Counted from the stretch's first letter, positions 46,434-57,718 are shown. The stretch is 64,000 bases of DNA from Albugo candida (GCA_040437565.1 JBDOQK010000039.1:124001-188000), one strand, 5' to 3'. Translations and numbers: made by a program. Notes: generated by a model not told the origin, from the sequence alone.

Positions 46434-47787
46434 CTAGCCTTTCAATTTACTCAAACATCGAACGCCTTGTTCCTGGTATTCTTTTCTAGAAATCCAAACT
46501 TGATCGTTGTCTTTGAGTAGATCGGCCAGCACGGTACCGCCTAGAAAGACGAGATGCTTTCGACGTGGAGGATCATTGATACGGAGACGGAATTTACTCA
46601 GGCGGGTCTTATCGCCTCGCAACACTTGATCGAGGTACCGGGTCTTGATGTCCTTTTCCAGGCGACTGGGAAGCCCGGGGTACATACTGGAGCCGCCAGA
46701 AAGCACAATGTTTTTGAAGAACTCGGTGCGTAGATCGATATCGGCTTTCATGCACATGTCAAAGACCATATCGCTGAGACCTGCGCCTTCCACATCGATT
46801 AAATTCGGTTGAAAAAGAGCTTCAGGAGCCTCAAAGCGCTCTCGGCCTAGCTTGATGATCCGGCCGTCTGGGAGCTCGTATGCCTCTTCCAAGATCGTTG
46901 TTTCCAAGGCCAATTGACGCTCTGAAGCGGGTTCATATGCGACATAACAAAGCTTTTCTTTGATTTGACGAGCTGTTTCAAAGTCGGCAGTTCGATTAAA
47001 TGCATATCCTCGAAGAAGTAATAATTTGATCAGATATTGTGTGATGTGTCGTCCTGCCACATCAAGTCGACGTATTAAATGTTCGGGGGAAAATCCTTCA
47101 AATACAGGGACAATGTGGGACACACCATCACCAGTGTCGATGACAACGCCGGTCATAAGTCCTTGCGCGTATAGTGTCAGCACTGCTTGAGTCGCAACGT
47201 AACATCCATCAAAACCGTACTTCTCCAACATGATCTCAACCAGCTTTTCACGATTACGACGTGGATTGAGAGGAGGTTCCGTCAACAATATGCGGTGTTC
47301 GGATGGCTGAATTTGAAGTCGTTCTTGAAAGGTGTAATCCCATAGTTTTTCCATATCGTCCCAATTCTTCACAATACCATTTTCCAGAGGGTATGTGATG
47401 TCCAGGTTTGCACGGACTGCTGCCGCTTCATCTCCAAACATGATATCCTGTAGGATACAATACATGAGTATTTTGATGCATTGAAAGCAGCGATAGAATC
47501 CCTGTCGCGCTTACTTTAAGAAGAATATCTTTCTGAACAACTTCTTCGGCCCGCAAGATTGGTCGACCAACGAGCGATGGAAAAATACATTTGGGAAAAT
47601 TATCCGCCGCAAAACCGCACTTTACAAACTATAATGCGAGGAGAGGGAAACGTCAGAAGAGGTTATGCAGCTGAAACGTGAGTGTCACGCGTAGTTGAGG
47701 ATACTGTTTTACGTCGGGAATGAGTAAAAGAGAACGACGTACCCCTGTGCCGTTATCACACACAACAATTCGATTTGCAGCCACCAT
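46434..47787 (-). CDS. ARP2: Actin-related protein 2 (Arp2/3 complex), 3 exons
   Basis: [96 protein letters not shown]. Confidence 0.97.
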
Positions 47788-47908
47788 AACAATGTCTTAA
47801 CTGATTACTGAGATGAAAACTGTTACAAAATTGTGCACATTTGTATACGAATTCAATAAATAAGTACATTTAACACTTATCAAAACGACGGCATCATACC
47901 CCTGTTAA

Positions 47909-48475
47909 CTACAAGTTCTTACACACAAATCGATTCAGCTGCAAGATATGAGCCGATGAGATACCATGACCTTCGAGAGGGTCCTGGCCACAAGATCGGA
48001 AACGATATGCAGTCTTGCAATCCAGCCCACAGAAACCATCAAATCGACTCAATGTTCGTTGGAAGCACTTGCCGCAGTTTCGACACCATCGCTGTTCTTG
48101 ACTGGGGCCACTACGGCGTAACTTACTGGAGCAAAAGTCATCAGGTACTCTGTTACTTACAGATTCATAACGGTTACTATCATGTATGCTCGATGACGCC
48201 GAAATTGATAAAAGTTCTTGATCGAAATCAAAGCCGCGAATTGAGTGTGAAGACACAAGCTGTTCGGATCGCAACAAATAATCTTCGTCGCAAAGTATCG
48301 TATCGCGCTTTTTTTTCCTCCCAAATGATCCAAACCAGCCTTTTAATGTGCGACGCAAATGCGGTAAGAAACCCGTGCAGTTCTTTTTATCTTCGCATTC
48401 TTGTTCCCACGAACCGTTGGAATCAGATGATTTGTCTTGATGTGTACTATTTGTCCTATGTTTTCTTAATTTCAT
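47909..48475 (-). CDS. Hypothetical protein with a C-terminal FCS-like zinc finger
   Basis: ATG-started 188-aa ORF with WCRNCGKCF...FCGLDCKTAY (CxxC...FCxxxC). Confidence 0.65.
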   Translation of the reverse strand: MKLRKHRTNSTHQDKSSDSNGSWEQECEDKKNCTGFLPHLRRTLKGWFGSFGRKKKRDTILCDEDYLLRSEQLVSSHSIRGFDFDQELLSISASSSIHDSNRYESVSNRVPDDFCSSKLRRSGPSQEQRWCRNCGKCFQRTLSRFDGFCGLDCKTAYRFRSCGQDPLEGHGISSAHILQLNRFVCKNL

Positions 48476-48506
48476 CTTTTGCTAAATATAACTTGCTCGC
48501 CAATGT

Positions 48507-48522
48507 AAAAGTGTGGAATGTG
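48507..48522 (-). promoter_or_regulatory. INR/FPR-like core promoter element
   Basis: Minus strand ACATTCCACACTTTT, about 30 nt upstream of ATG 48475, is an imperfect match to the oomycete TCATTYYNCAWTT consensus. Confidence 0.35.
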
Positions 48523-49549
48523 TGAAAGTTATGTTCGTATGATCAAATGTCTTCCTGTCAATCTGGCTGACAAAGATGAAATAAAGTAACTCGACTGTAA
48601 CGGTTGTGAAAACCAGCCAAACGGTAATTTGATTGATTTTTTTTTCCGTCAAAATTTGTGTCGTCGTGTCGGTAGCTTTTTTTTTGGCAACGAACTGAAC
48701 CGCCTTTATTGTAAGTCCAATGAATTTTGACCACTTAAAAGTTGCAAAGAGCTATTTTCCACTTTTTGAATCCAAGCAGACGACCGGATTATGAATCTCG
48801 CCGTCGTGGTCTGCGTAAAAGTGAAATTTTGATCAATTATTTAAACGCACTTCAACATGCAAAAGAATACTTCATCCTGTCTATAAAGGAAAATCACGCA
48901 CAAATTTTAGAATAGAAACGTGGCACGCAAGAATAAACAGTCCATTTGTGTATCTTTACAGATTTCCGTCTCAAATATTTCGTGTAACGCTAGAGTGCTC
49001 CTTCTCTCGCTTAATTCTAGTCACCTTCATTATGACTTTCGTCACTAAATCTAAACACGCACCGCCCTATCATAATCGAATTTCTCGCCACCACATTAAT
49101 GGCAGAAATGTTGCCGGAAACATGAGGGCGTTAGTACTTGATGTAAAAACGCAGCATGGAAAATTTGCTGACTTGAACTTTTGATTCTTGTACAAGAAAA
49201 ACACGTAATGAGCAAGTTGAAGATAGCTTTCTACGATATTCTCGTGTCCAGCGGTACCCAGCGAAATAAGCTTTTACAATATTGTAAATTGCATTTCTTA
49301 GCATACTATGGCCTTCATTCTGCTGTTCCAGAATCATCTGATCTCGCACTTGTCAAGTATACGCATGGCATCCCCCGCTTCTTCAACTATATATAATATA
49401 CACACGCACCTAGCACAAAGTTTCTTACATCCAATCCCNNNNNNNNNNNNNNNNNNNNNNNNNNNNNNNNNNNNNNNNNNNNNNNNNNNNNNNNNNNNNN
49501 NNNNNNNNNNNNNNNNNNNNNNNNNNNNNNNNNNNNNNCCCATACTTTG

Positions 49550-52016
49550 ATGAGCACTTTACCGATCGTGCAAGAGATCACTCAAACAGACTTTTTATCG
49601 CAACTATCAGTGATCAAAAATGCAATTGAAAAAAGCGCTTTTATTGCAATCGATACAGAATTTGGTGGAATAAGCGTTCCCGGGTAAGAAAATTAGTTTG
49701 TGACTGCGTGAGCGCTGATTTTTGTTCAGAGAGCGTGCGAAATGGATGGACACAATTGAAGAGCGCTATCGGCTGCACGTGAATACCGCGAAGGCATACC
49801 CACTCATGCAATTTGGATTGTCTTGCTTCCTTCCTTGTTTTACGGAAAATGAAGCTGCAGAAACTCTCACGAAGTATCAGGTTTTGACCATGCAATTTCC
49901 AATCTTTGCACGTTATGAGAAAGCCCCTCAAGCGGTCTCGATGTCAAAGAATACAAAGAATAGTAAAGTGATTTCCCCAGATCGTAAGTTCATGCTTCAA
50001 GCAATGTGTATTCAATACATTCATGAGCACGGCTTTGATTTCAACCACTGGATTGAAAATGGGGTTTCATATATCTCGTCTGCGGAAATGGCTGTATTGC
50101 TTGAAGAAAATGAAACAGCGGGCACAGAAGCTAATCTCACTCAACAAAGTTCTCTTATGGCTTTGGACAGGCAAGCAGATGCATTTTTGGATAAAATGGA
50201 TGCTTTAATTGTCAGCTTACAAGAACGATTGGCTTCAAGAGAGGAGGAAATTAATCAATCCGAGTTCGACGATGAGAAGAGGATAGATGAAATCAAGGAA
50301 TTTCTAAAGGCTCGGATGGATGATACAGACAGATCAGAATTGCGTGGCTCTGTCGCTTGCCTTTCACCACCGTTGGGATCGTACCGAAGTCGTCTTTTGG
50401 TTGATCACATTGAAAGAACGTATCCCGAGTCCGTCCTTATTCTAGAATGTGTCAGCGATAATGAGACCGGGATAGGCAGTCATAAAACTCGATCCTGGGA
50501 AAAACGACTTCGTATCATCGTGATTACATCACAAAAAGTGAGATCTGGATTTCTGTCAGCACATAAATCGATCGAGAACGACTTAGTCAAAGCCCACAAT
50601 TTGGAACGAAAAGGCTTTACGACAATAATGGATTGGATCATGGAATCGAACACACCGATTGTGGGTCATAATCTACTCTTGGATTTGCTGTATTGCTATG
50701 AGAAATTCTATCAACCGCTTCCGAATGATTGCACAGAATTCAATGCGTCACTTTTGCGATGGATGAAGCGTGATCCAAAGAACAAGGACATCAATTCATC
50801 TCACAATGTTATTTACGACACAAAGGATATTCTCACAGCTATGAAGGAGGAACTAGATCAATTCGCCGATCGTTTGGAGACTACATCGCTTCCCCATGCT
50901 TTTGAGATCGTTTCCAAGCATCCATTTTACGGTCCACCGATTCAAAGCATCTCACTACACGATTTTGTTCGTCTGTATCCGCATCCTGAATCGATCGATT
51001 GGTGCCAGCTTACCGCGCATTCGACTCAGCAGGAGAAGATTTGCGGTGCACATCNNNNNNNNNNNNNNNNNNNNNNNNNNNNNNNNNNNNNNNNNNNNNN
51101 NNNNNNNNNNNNNNNNNNNNNNNNNNNNNNNNNNNNNNNNNNNNNNNNNNNNNNTGCGTCACTTTTGCGATGGATGAAGCGTGATCCAAAGAACAAGGAC
51201 ATCAATTCATCTCACAATGTTATTTACGACACAAAGGATATTCTCACAGCTATGAAGGAGGAACTAGATCAATTCGCCGATCGTTTGGAGACTACATCGC
51301 TTCCCCATGCTTTTGAGATCGTTTCCAAGCATCCATTTTACGGTCCACCGATTCAAAGCATCTCACTACACGATTTTGTTCGTCTGTATCCGCATCCTGA
51401 ATCGATCGATTGGTGCCAGCTTACCGCGCATTCGACTCAGCAGGAGAAGATTTGCGGTGCACATCAGGCTGGATACGATGCATTCGTAACAGGATATCTC
51501 TTTACGCGTTTGTGTTGTGCATTGGGAGCTCCCAACAACGCGCTTTCGGGACCAGCTATACCGAGTCTGCTGAAGCGTTTCCAAGATCGATTGTTTTTGA
51601 GTCATTTTCTGCCACCACATTCTATTGCGTTGTCGGATCCACTCGGCCTACAAATGCCACATCGTGCTCATATATTACGGCTGGAGCTGTCACGGGTCTT
51701 TCGGAACACGTTACGGGCTTTTCACATTCAGCGTTGCATAGCAGATGAGCTCGGTCAGCACAATATCAAGTCGCAGACGATCAGTCTTGTATGGGAAGGC
51801 AATCAGCGTGTGTACATTACACTTTCGTCACCCGAATGTGCTCAAGTTTTACTGAACGCTCGCGCTCGACTGGCTCCTACATTTGGGACGGAAACCGATC
51901 CGATGCCATCGATCTCGTCAGTGGATATCTATTCTTGCGTCCAAGAACCTTCAATTTGCACGGATGAGGCACACCCGTCACACAAGAAGCAGAAATGCAA
52001 GAGTTTGGGAATGTGA
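49550..52016 (+). CDS. PARN: CAF1-family DEDDh 3'-5' ribonuclease, PARN/PNLDC1-like, 2 exons; artifactual ~310-nt repeat at the 51055-51154 gap
   Basis: MSTLPIVQEITQTDF..IEKSAFIAIDTEFGGI; intron then DTIEERY..MQFGLSCF; HGFDFNHWIENGVSY; GFTTIMDW..PIVGHNLLLDL; YDTK; HQAGYDAFVTGYLF. Confidence 0.9.
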
Positions 52017-52114
52017 TCGACAGTTGTATTTTACTCACTCCCAACAAATCGTATGTGGAAGCTCTCCTATCAATATCGGACCTCCTATGGAAAACAATGA
52101 CGAGAGCGATGCCT

Positions 52115-54118
52115 TTAACCGAGCTTTTGACGCAATTGACAGCACACCTCCACATAGCGAGCTTCCTCTTCATCTATAGCACCAGTAAGTGTATTTTCAA
52201 TCTCACCGGCGCCGAAACTATTCATCAGAGCTTTTAGGGGATACAAAAAGGTGACAGTATCAGCTCCGGAACGCAACAACTCCGGCACTTCGACAGCCTC
52301 ATTTGTCTGCATCATGTCCGAAATGGTGGGAGCGCGCGTCTTTTTCCCCAAAATTGCTATTACTTGTGCAAAATCTCCCAGAGAGCGATGCTGAGTAGAG
52401 TGCGTTCTATCCGATATCGTCATCAGCACTTGATGCTTCTCCGTCCAAAGATTGGCAATTCTTTCATTCAAACTCAGCGCTGAAGCTCGAGATTCTGTAT
52501 TCGCACACTTTTTTGGGTTTTCTTCATCACTTTCGCCATCCGTCGAGTCCGCAAAGCTTCTTGGGGAACTGCTGTCATTGCATTCTTCATCCAAAAATAA
52601 TGAATTGGTCAATGTCGTCTCGAAGAAATCGTTCAAGGAATCGTGCAACGTGGCAATCAGATCGTCGCTACCGGTTTTTTCCTCCAGTAAACCGACCGAT
52701 TCCTCAGCGCTCATCGCCGCATTCGCTTCCGATTCCTCCAATTCAGCTTCGCTCTTGATTGTCGGGGTAAGACCATCGGCGCTTTTTTTTGTCGACGCAT
52801 TCGAATTTCCATTCCATGATCCCGGATCCCGATACTCTTTCCAAGTCGTTTTTTCCAAGCTTGCAAGAATTCGAGACGCGACATTGAATTGGGAGAAATC
52901 TGTCGGCGAATTGGCGTCAAAAATGTACGAAAACTTGCTCCCACTGGCCAACTTGTTGAAGAAATTTGCACAGTCGCCGAAGAACGATACGGAGAAGATG
53001 ACTGCCATCATCATTGCGATATTCTTCTTCGGCGATACCGATGCAACGGCGTGTGCGGCTGCAGCGACTTCGTGGTCACAATTGTACTCGAACAAGGCTT
53101 CAGGAGAAGGTGTTGGCTCCCAGCGCGAAACGAAGTTTTCAGGAAGCGCGTATTCACTCGTATTCGGCCAAGTGGAAACGTGTGCATCGGAATCGCATTC
53201 CAAAAGCGAATGATCGAATCCCAAGAGATTTGCATCTTTTTTATCCAATTCATGGTCATGATCATCAGCATTTCTCCGATTGGATGAATCGTGAAATAAA
53301 TGCTCCAATCCGTGGGTTTCATTTTGGAATTGGCTCGAACGTAAAGTTTCAAAGGATTTTATTCTTTGTTGAAGTTCATGATGCTCTTTTGCCATTTTTG
53401 CGAGTTGCTGCTGTAAATTTTGTAGCTTTTCGTCTTTGGCTTGCAGTTCTTGCTCGAGATGACCGACATATGCTTTCTTGCGCTCTCGATGCAGTTGTGC
53501 TGACATTCGGTTGCGGATAAGACGTCGTTTTTTCTTTGCTTCTTTGGATTCCGTGTCGAAATCATTCATTTGCGCTTCCATTTCACGCAGTCGTTCTTCG
53601 GTTTTTTCATCGAATATGGTGATATCAGTTAAGAAAGCGCTGCACGTTTCTGCCTTGTTTAAAACAAATTTCGTTTTTTTCATGTTTGATTGGTCAAAAT
53701 CGTCGATCATATCATCCTCACACAAATCGCTTGGTGAGGATATAAAACCATGGCTTTGTTTTCGTTTGTCTCGACGCGCATTCACAACGTCTCGTCGAAC
53801 AGCGCGTTGTTGTTTACATGACGATAAAGATGGTGTTATGTAGAGTGCACTTGAGTGACCATCATTCCTCGCTGAGGTAGTCAAATCGCTTGATTTGAGG
53901 ATGTTGGCGCTAATTAAAGAGGGAGCTCTTACGATCGAGCTACATTGATGCAATTCGGACGATATATCCTCCGATTTGATTGCGGGGCTGTGTGGCTCGT
54001 ACTTTGGTCGGTGTGTGATGCTGGAGAGGTTACTGGCTGTCATTAGTGTTATCTTTTTAGTCAATATGAAAGTATTCCACTCCTCGTTAAAATTTGAGGG
54101 AGCACGATTGCGCATCAT
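52115..54118 (-). CDS. bZIP transcription factor with a downstream hydrophobic segment
   Basis: KKKRRLIRNRMSAQLHRERKKAYVGHLEQELQAKDEKLQNLQQQL (N-x7-R basic region plus zipper), later KKNIAMMMAVIFSVSFFG. Start codon uncertain. Confidence 0.9.
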   Translation of the reverse strand: MMRNRAPSNFNEEWNTFILTKKITLMTASNLSSITHRPKYEPHSPAIKSEDISSELHQCSSIVRAPSLISANILKSSDLTTSARNDGHSSALYITPSLSSCKQQRAVRRDVVNARRDKRKQSHGFISSPSDLCEDDMIDDFDQSNMKKTKFVLNKAETCSAFLTDITIFDEKTEERLREMEAQMNDFDTESKEAKKKRRLIRNRMSAQLHRERKKAYVGHLEQELQAKDEKLQNLQQQLAKMAKEHHELQQRIKSFETLRSSQFQNETHGLEHLFHDSSNRRNADDHDHELDKKDANLLGFDHSLLECDSDAHVSTWPNTSEYALPENFVSRWEPTPSPEALFEYNCDHEVAAAAHAVASVSPKKNIAMMMAVIFSVSFFGDCANFFNKLASGSKFSYIFDANSPTDFSQFNVASRILASLEKTTWKEYRDPGSWNGNSNASTKKSADGLTPTIKSEAELEESEANAAMSAEESVGLLEEKTGSDDLIATLHDSLNDFFETTLTNSLFLDEECNDSSSPRSFADSTDGESDEENPKKCANTESRASALSLNERIANLWTEKHQVLMTISDRTHSTQHRSLGDFAQVIAILGKKTRAPTISDMMQTNEAVEVPELLRSGADTVTFLYPLKALMNSFGAGEIENTLTGAIDEEEARYVEVCCQLRQKLG

Positions 54119-54762
54119 GTACGCCCTTTTATACAGAATAATTGAGTTCAAGAATCATAGCCCTAACCCTCCGCTCTTTTTATTGGCGAAATATCGCAAA
54201 GATACAAGGTTCCAGAATCAAACCGAGTTCCATGTCCGCGCTTACATTAGTATTTTTAGGTTACACTGTAGAGTAGTCGTAATTGCAGCAATACGTAAAA
54301 GGCAACGTTTGAATGCATTTTTGGCGAATACCGATGCCTCGACGAGTCGCTGAGCAGGAAAACCTTCAGGTATACTAAATATTGGAATTGGATTATATTC
54401 TCTTCAAATATTTAAAAATCGAATCGGCAAGGTACCTCATGAGCATGTTTCTACTCGATTACTGAGACAAGATTCGATTCGATCCGTTGACTGTACCCAC
54501 TTTTCTGTAGATCAGATCTGATCATAGATTTTACATGACCATAGACTATTTCGAGTGTGGTATTCTTCCGAATCGAATAGTGTACCTGACGAATTCGCAT
54601 CGTCATCGGTGTAACTTTGCTAGTTCTACAACACGAGCTTACCACACCTTTTAAGCTTATACCAAGACATAAGCTATTTCATGATAAATATAGACCCTCA
54701 TTGTATTTGCTTTAATGAGATATGTACTGGACTCATTTCCCTCGTGTTACCATACATTTACT

Positions 54763-55179
54763 TCACACAGATTGAACACCGTCGTCTATTGTAATTTCGA
54801 TATATGAGACACATCGGTACCAGATATGCACCAGTTTCCACTCGATTCCACGCCTCTTGTATACTTCCAATTCATTGATTCGACTCAGCTGTAAATTAAC
54901 TCGGAATTTTGCTTCTTGTACCTGTCGTATCGCGCAGTATATGGATACTCCGCCTGTACAAAGACAGCACACGTATGCGAAGGACGTGTACGGTACACAA
55001 GGCCAATGATCCTCAAGCGCATCATTCACTTTAGTAATGGCCGCATCGAATTCATTTTGCTTCACTAAATCTGCAAACTCTGACGAATAATCTCCCGGGT
55101 ACTGGTCATCGTAAGATGATGCGATTCCATTCACAAAAGCGGCTCCGATCGGCTTCAACGCCGCTAGCCTTCGTTTCAT
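54763..55179 (-). CDS. Erf4/Golgin A7/CHIC-like Cys-rich protein
   Basis: EFDAAITKVNDAL..WPC..FAYVCCLCTGGVSIYC..INELEVYKRRGIEWKL..YIEI pattern. Confidence 0.7.
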   Translation of the reverse strand: MKRRLAALKPIGAAFVNGIASSYDDQYPGDYSSEFADLVKQNEFDAAITKVNDALEDHWPCVPYTSFAYVCCLCTGGVSIYCAIRQVQEAKFRVNLQLSRINELEVYKRRGIEWKLVHIWYRCVSYIEITIDDGVQSV

Positions 55180-55306
55180 CAGGACGGATCCCTGTAATTC
55201 TTATCACAGCCAAGTATATGTCAAAGGCCGCGCAAGTATACTGTACGATTATACGTCTGTAGACACTGCAGAGCAACAAATATACATTCTATACTGTATA
55301 CTATTG

Positions 55307-57346
55307 TTACGTGCTCGTCAACTGCTCCGATTTCAGCTGAATGATTTTGGATGCAATGGCGGCGAGCCGGAGCATGGCATTGTACTGCACTTCATTCACG
55401 TCATGCGACTTCACATCCACACAGCATAAACCGCCAACCACAGTATCGTTGTCACTCCGTAAGGGGAAGCCGCAATAAAATTGAAAGTGTGGCGGTTTAT
55501 TCACCAGTCCAATTGCATGAAATCGCACATCCGCTGATAAATGGGGCAGTAAAAGTGGCTTTCCTTCCATGATCAAATGAGGACAAATAGCTTCGTGTCT
55601 TTGCATTTTTTCCTGATGAGCAGGTGCATATGTCGAGCATATCACGTGTTGTGTCGTGTCGTCGACGATAGTAATCAATGCCGCGCTGGTGTTCAGTTCT
55701 TTCTTGGCCATTTCGCACAAAATCATAAGCTCGTCGATATCAGTTATAGACTGTAGTTTTCGCGTCGATACTACTTTTACACGCTCTTGTTCGGTTGGTA
55801 AAAAAGGTGACTTGGGAATCGCATCCGTAAAGTGTTCGTACTCAAGTGGGTACCTTCGGTTTTGTGCACTTCCAAGAGTGCAATCCTTCAATGGAATGTC
55901 ATTCAGCTGGGAATCTCGTAACGATCCAATTTGTTCAAGTAAACATTCCTCACTCTCCGCTGTGCGCCTAAAACTGGAGTAGTTCTCGTCGTTGTCTAGG
56001 TCCTTAGGCAAAGGGAGCAAAGCAACTCGATCTTGATGATTATTTTCCCATCGACTCGAATCATCATCCACTGAATGAAGCATATGCTTGATGACAGTAA
56101 TGACTGATGATTTTCTATCGGCACTTGCATTGCAGAGTGCGTCTTCTAGAAGTTGAGCGAGAGCAGCTGCAGTAGACAGACTGGTAGCTGCTCTTGGCAC
56201 AATCCGTGGCGGCAAGAGATCGTCAAAAGTGACATCATCGTAGTTGCACGATTCCACACGCTCCATACAGCTATTGCATACCCGTGTATTTCGTACGCGG
56301 CCATAGCGACGTTCTACTTGTTGGATGCTTGAACATTGAAGACAAACGGTATACCCACAAAGTTGACATCGACCTTTTTTTTGGAGTATACTGAACGGCC
56401 GTATACAGTTGTTACAATGTTTGTTCTGAACTCGAACAAGTCGATGTGAGAAAACTTGAGCACCAAGTCGACGTCGACGGACCAGCGCTTGTATTCGATG
56501 TACCGTGCCCGCCATTCGATACAGTCGATGCAGTGCTGCTTGCCGAACAAGCAAAGAACTTGGATGATTGTCCACTCTCCGAGCGAAAAACAACAGCTGA
56601 GTGTATCGTTGTTTATCATCACCATAAAACTCACTTTCAATCGCAATTCCGCCAATGACAGGAGAAGGTTTCACCGACCATGAAGTATTCACGTGTTCCA
56701 TTGGTGCATTATGCAATGTGCTAAATAACTGGAAAAAACCATTCGACTCCAAGTGATTGAACGATAGCGTCATATAATTCCATCGAAGTGGACATAAGTG
56801 GATTCCTGCCTTAGATACTGTCGCATTTTTTAGATGTACTCGGCAGTTTGATGACATCTTAACCTGTCTTTCCGCAGCAAACGCATTGATTGTCGACGAC
56901 TTGGATACATGTTGATTCATTGAAACTTGCATTGCATCGATATGCACGCAACTTTTGCATACTGAAGATTCGTACATGGATTTCTTGCCAAACAATAGTG
57001 ACAATGTATCATTTGTACGTTCAGCCGAGTCGTCTTGGAGCGCATTTCGCAGCTCTGAAATAGAACAGCGTAATGCTCCTCTCACCAAAACCAACGGATT
57101 CTGTCTTGACGCGATCATAGAGATTTGAAATCCATTCTTGTATTCCTTCCATTCACATCGATCAGCCAACGTGTATATCTCATTCCAATCCACAATTGAA
57201 TAGACGTGACTAGACAGTGCCTGTATCGACGCTTCCGTCGGACTGGACGGATTCTTGAATACGCTCTTCATCGACCCATTCTTTTTTCCACATTTGAACA
57301 CTCCATCCGCCGAATCCTCGCGTTTCCTCCGCGTATAAAAATGCAT
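55307..57346 (-). CDS. Oomycete START-like + FYVE zinc finger + GAF domain protein
   Basis: RRRRLG..CNNCIRPF..KGRCQLCGYTVCLQCS..RVCNSC (FYVE); EQERVKV..ELMILCEMA..ICPHLIM..DVRF..FYCGFPL..VGGLCCVD (GAF). Confidence 0.88.
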   Translation of the reverse strand: MHFYTRRKREDSADGVFKCGKKNGSMKSVFKNPSSPTEASIQALSSHVYSIVDWNEIYTLADRCEWKEYKNGFQISMIASRQNPLVLVRGALRCSISELRNALQDDSAERTNDTLSLLFGKKSMYESSVCKSCVHIDAMQVSMNQHVSKSSTINAFAAERQVKMSSNCRVHLKNATVSKAGIHLCPLRWNYMTLSFNHLESNGFFQLFSTLHNAPMEHVNTSWSVKPSPVIGGIAIESEFYGDDKQRYTQLLFFARRVDNHPSSLLVRQAALHRLYRMAGTVHRIQALVRRRRLGAQVFSHRLVRVQNKHCNNCIRPFSILQKKGRCQLCGYTVCLQCSSIQQVERRYGRVRNTRVCNSCMERVESCNYDDVTFDDLLPPRIVPRAATSLSTAAALAQLLEDALCNASADRKSSVITVIKHMLHSVDDDSSRWENNHQDRVALLPLPKDLDNDENYSSFRRTAESEECLLEQIGSLRDSQLNDIPLKDCTLGSAQNRRYPLEYEHFTDAIPKSPFLPTEQERVKVVSTRKLQSITDIDELMILCEMAKKELNTSAALITIVDDTTQHVICSTYAPAHQEKMQRHEAICPHLIMEGKPLLLPHLSADVRFHAIGLVNKPPHFQFYCGFPLRSDNDTVVGGLCCVDVKSHDVNEVQYNAMLRLAAIASKIIQLKSEQLTST

Positions 57347-57718
57347 GACAAAAAGGACGGTTTAACTCCACACAATCCGATCGCAAAATGCAAAAGTAAA
57401 GAGCTAACATATGATATAACTTTGTAGTACGGTATATCGTATAGGGAGCGTCGAAGAAGTGGTCAAGTTGGACACAATCCCTCACAGCTGCTTTGCAATC
57501 GTTGCATTGTTTTTGTATACAATCTTACTAGAGTAAGATTGCAATAATCTCCTCTCATTGGCTACATTGCGTCACGTTTTTTCGGTAAGGGTAATAGAGC
57601 ACATAAGAGTGCGCCTATTTCTGATCGGATGCCCGGTGGCACCAGACGACATTTATTTCAACCAATCATACATTCATTGAATACATCATCGTATAAATAG
57701 ATTTACTCGCTAATATAC

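Noticed and set aside
50744..51465. Internal domain repeat in PARN
   Set aside because: An apparently exact duplication flanking a 100-N gap. The same artifact occurs at 25067-25626, 17194-17609 and 14248-14614.
52452..53843. Long antisense ORFs over the bZIP gene (similarly 47956-48525 and ORFs over GOGAT, XRN1 and Dicer)
   Set aside because: They are shadow frames of real genes with no recognisable motifs.
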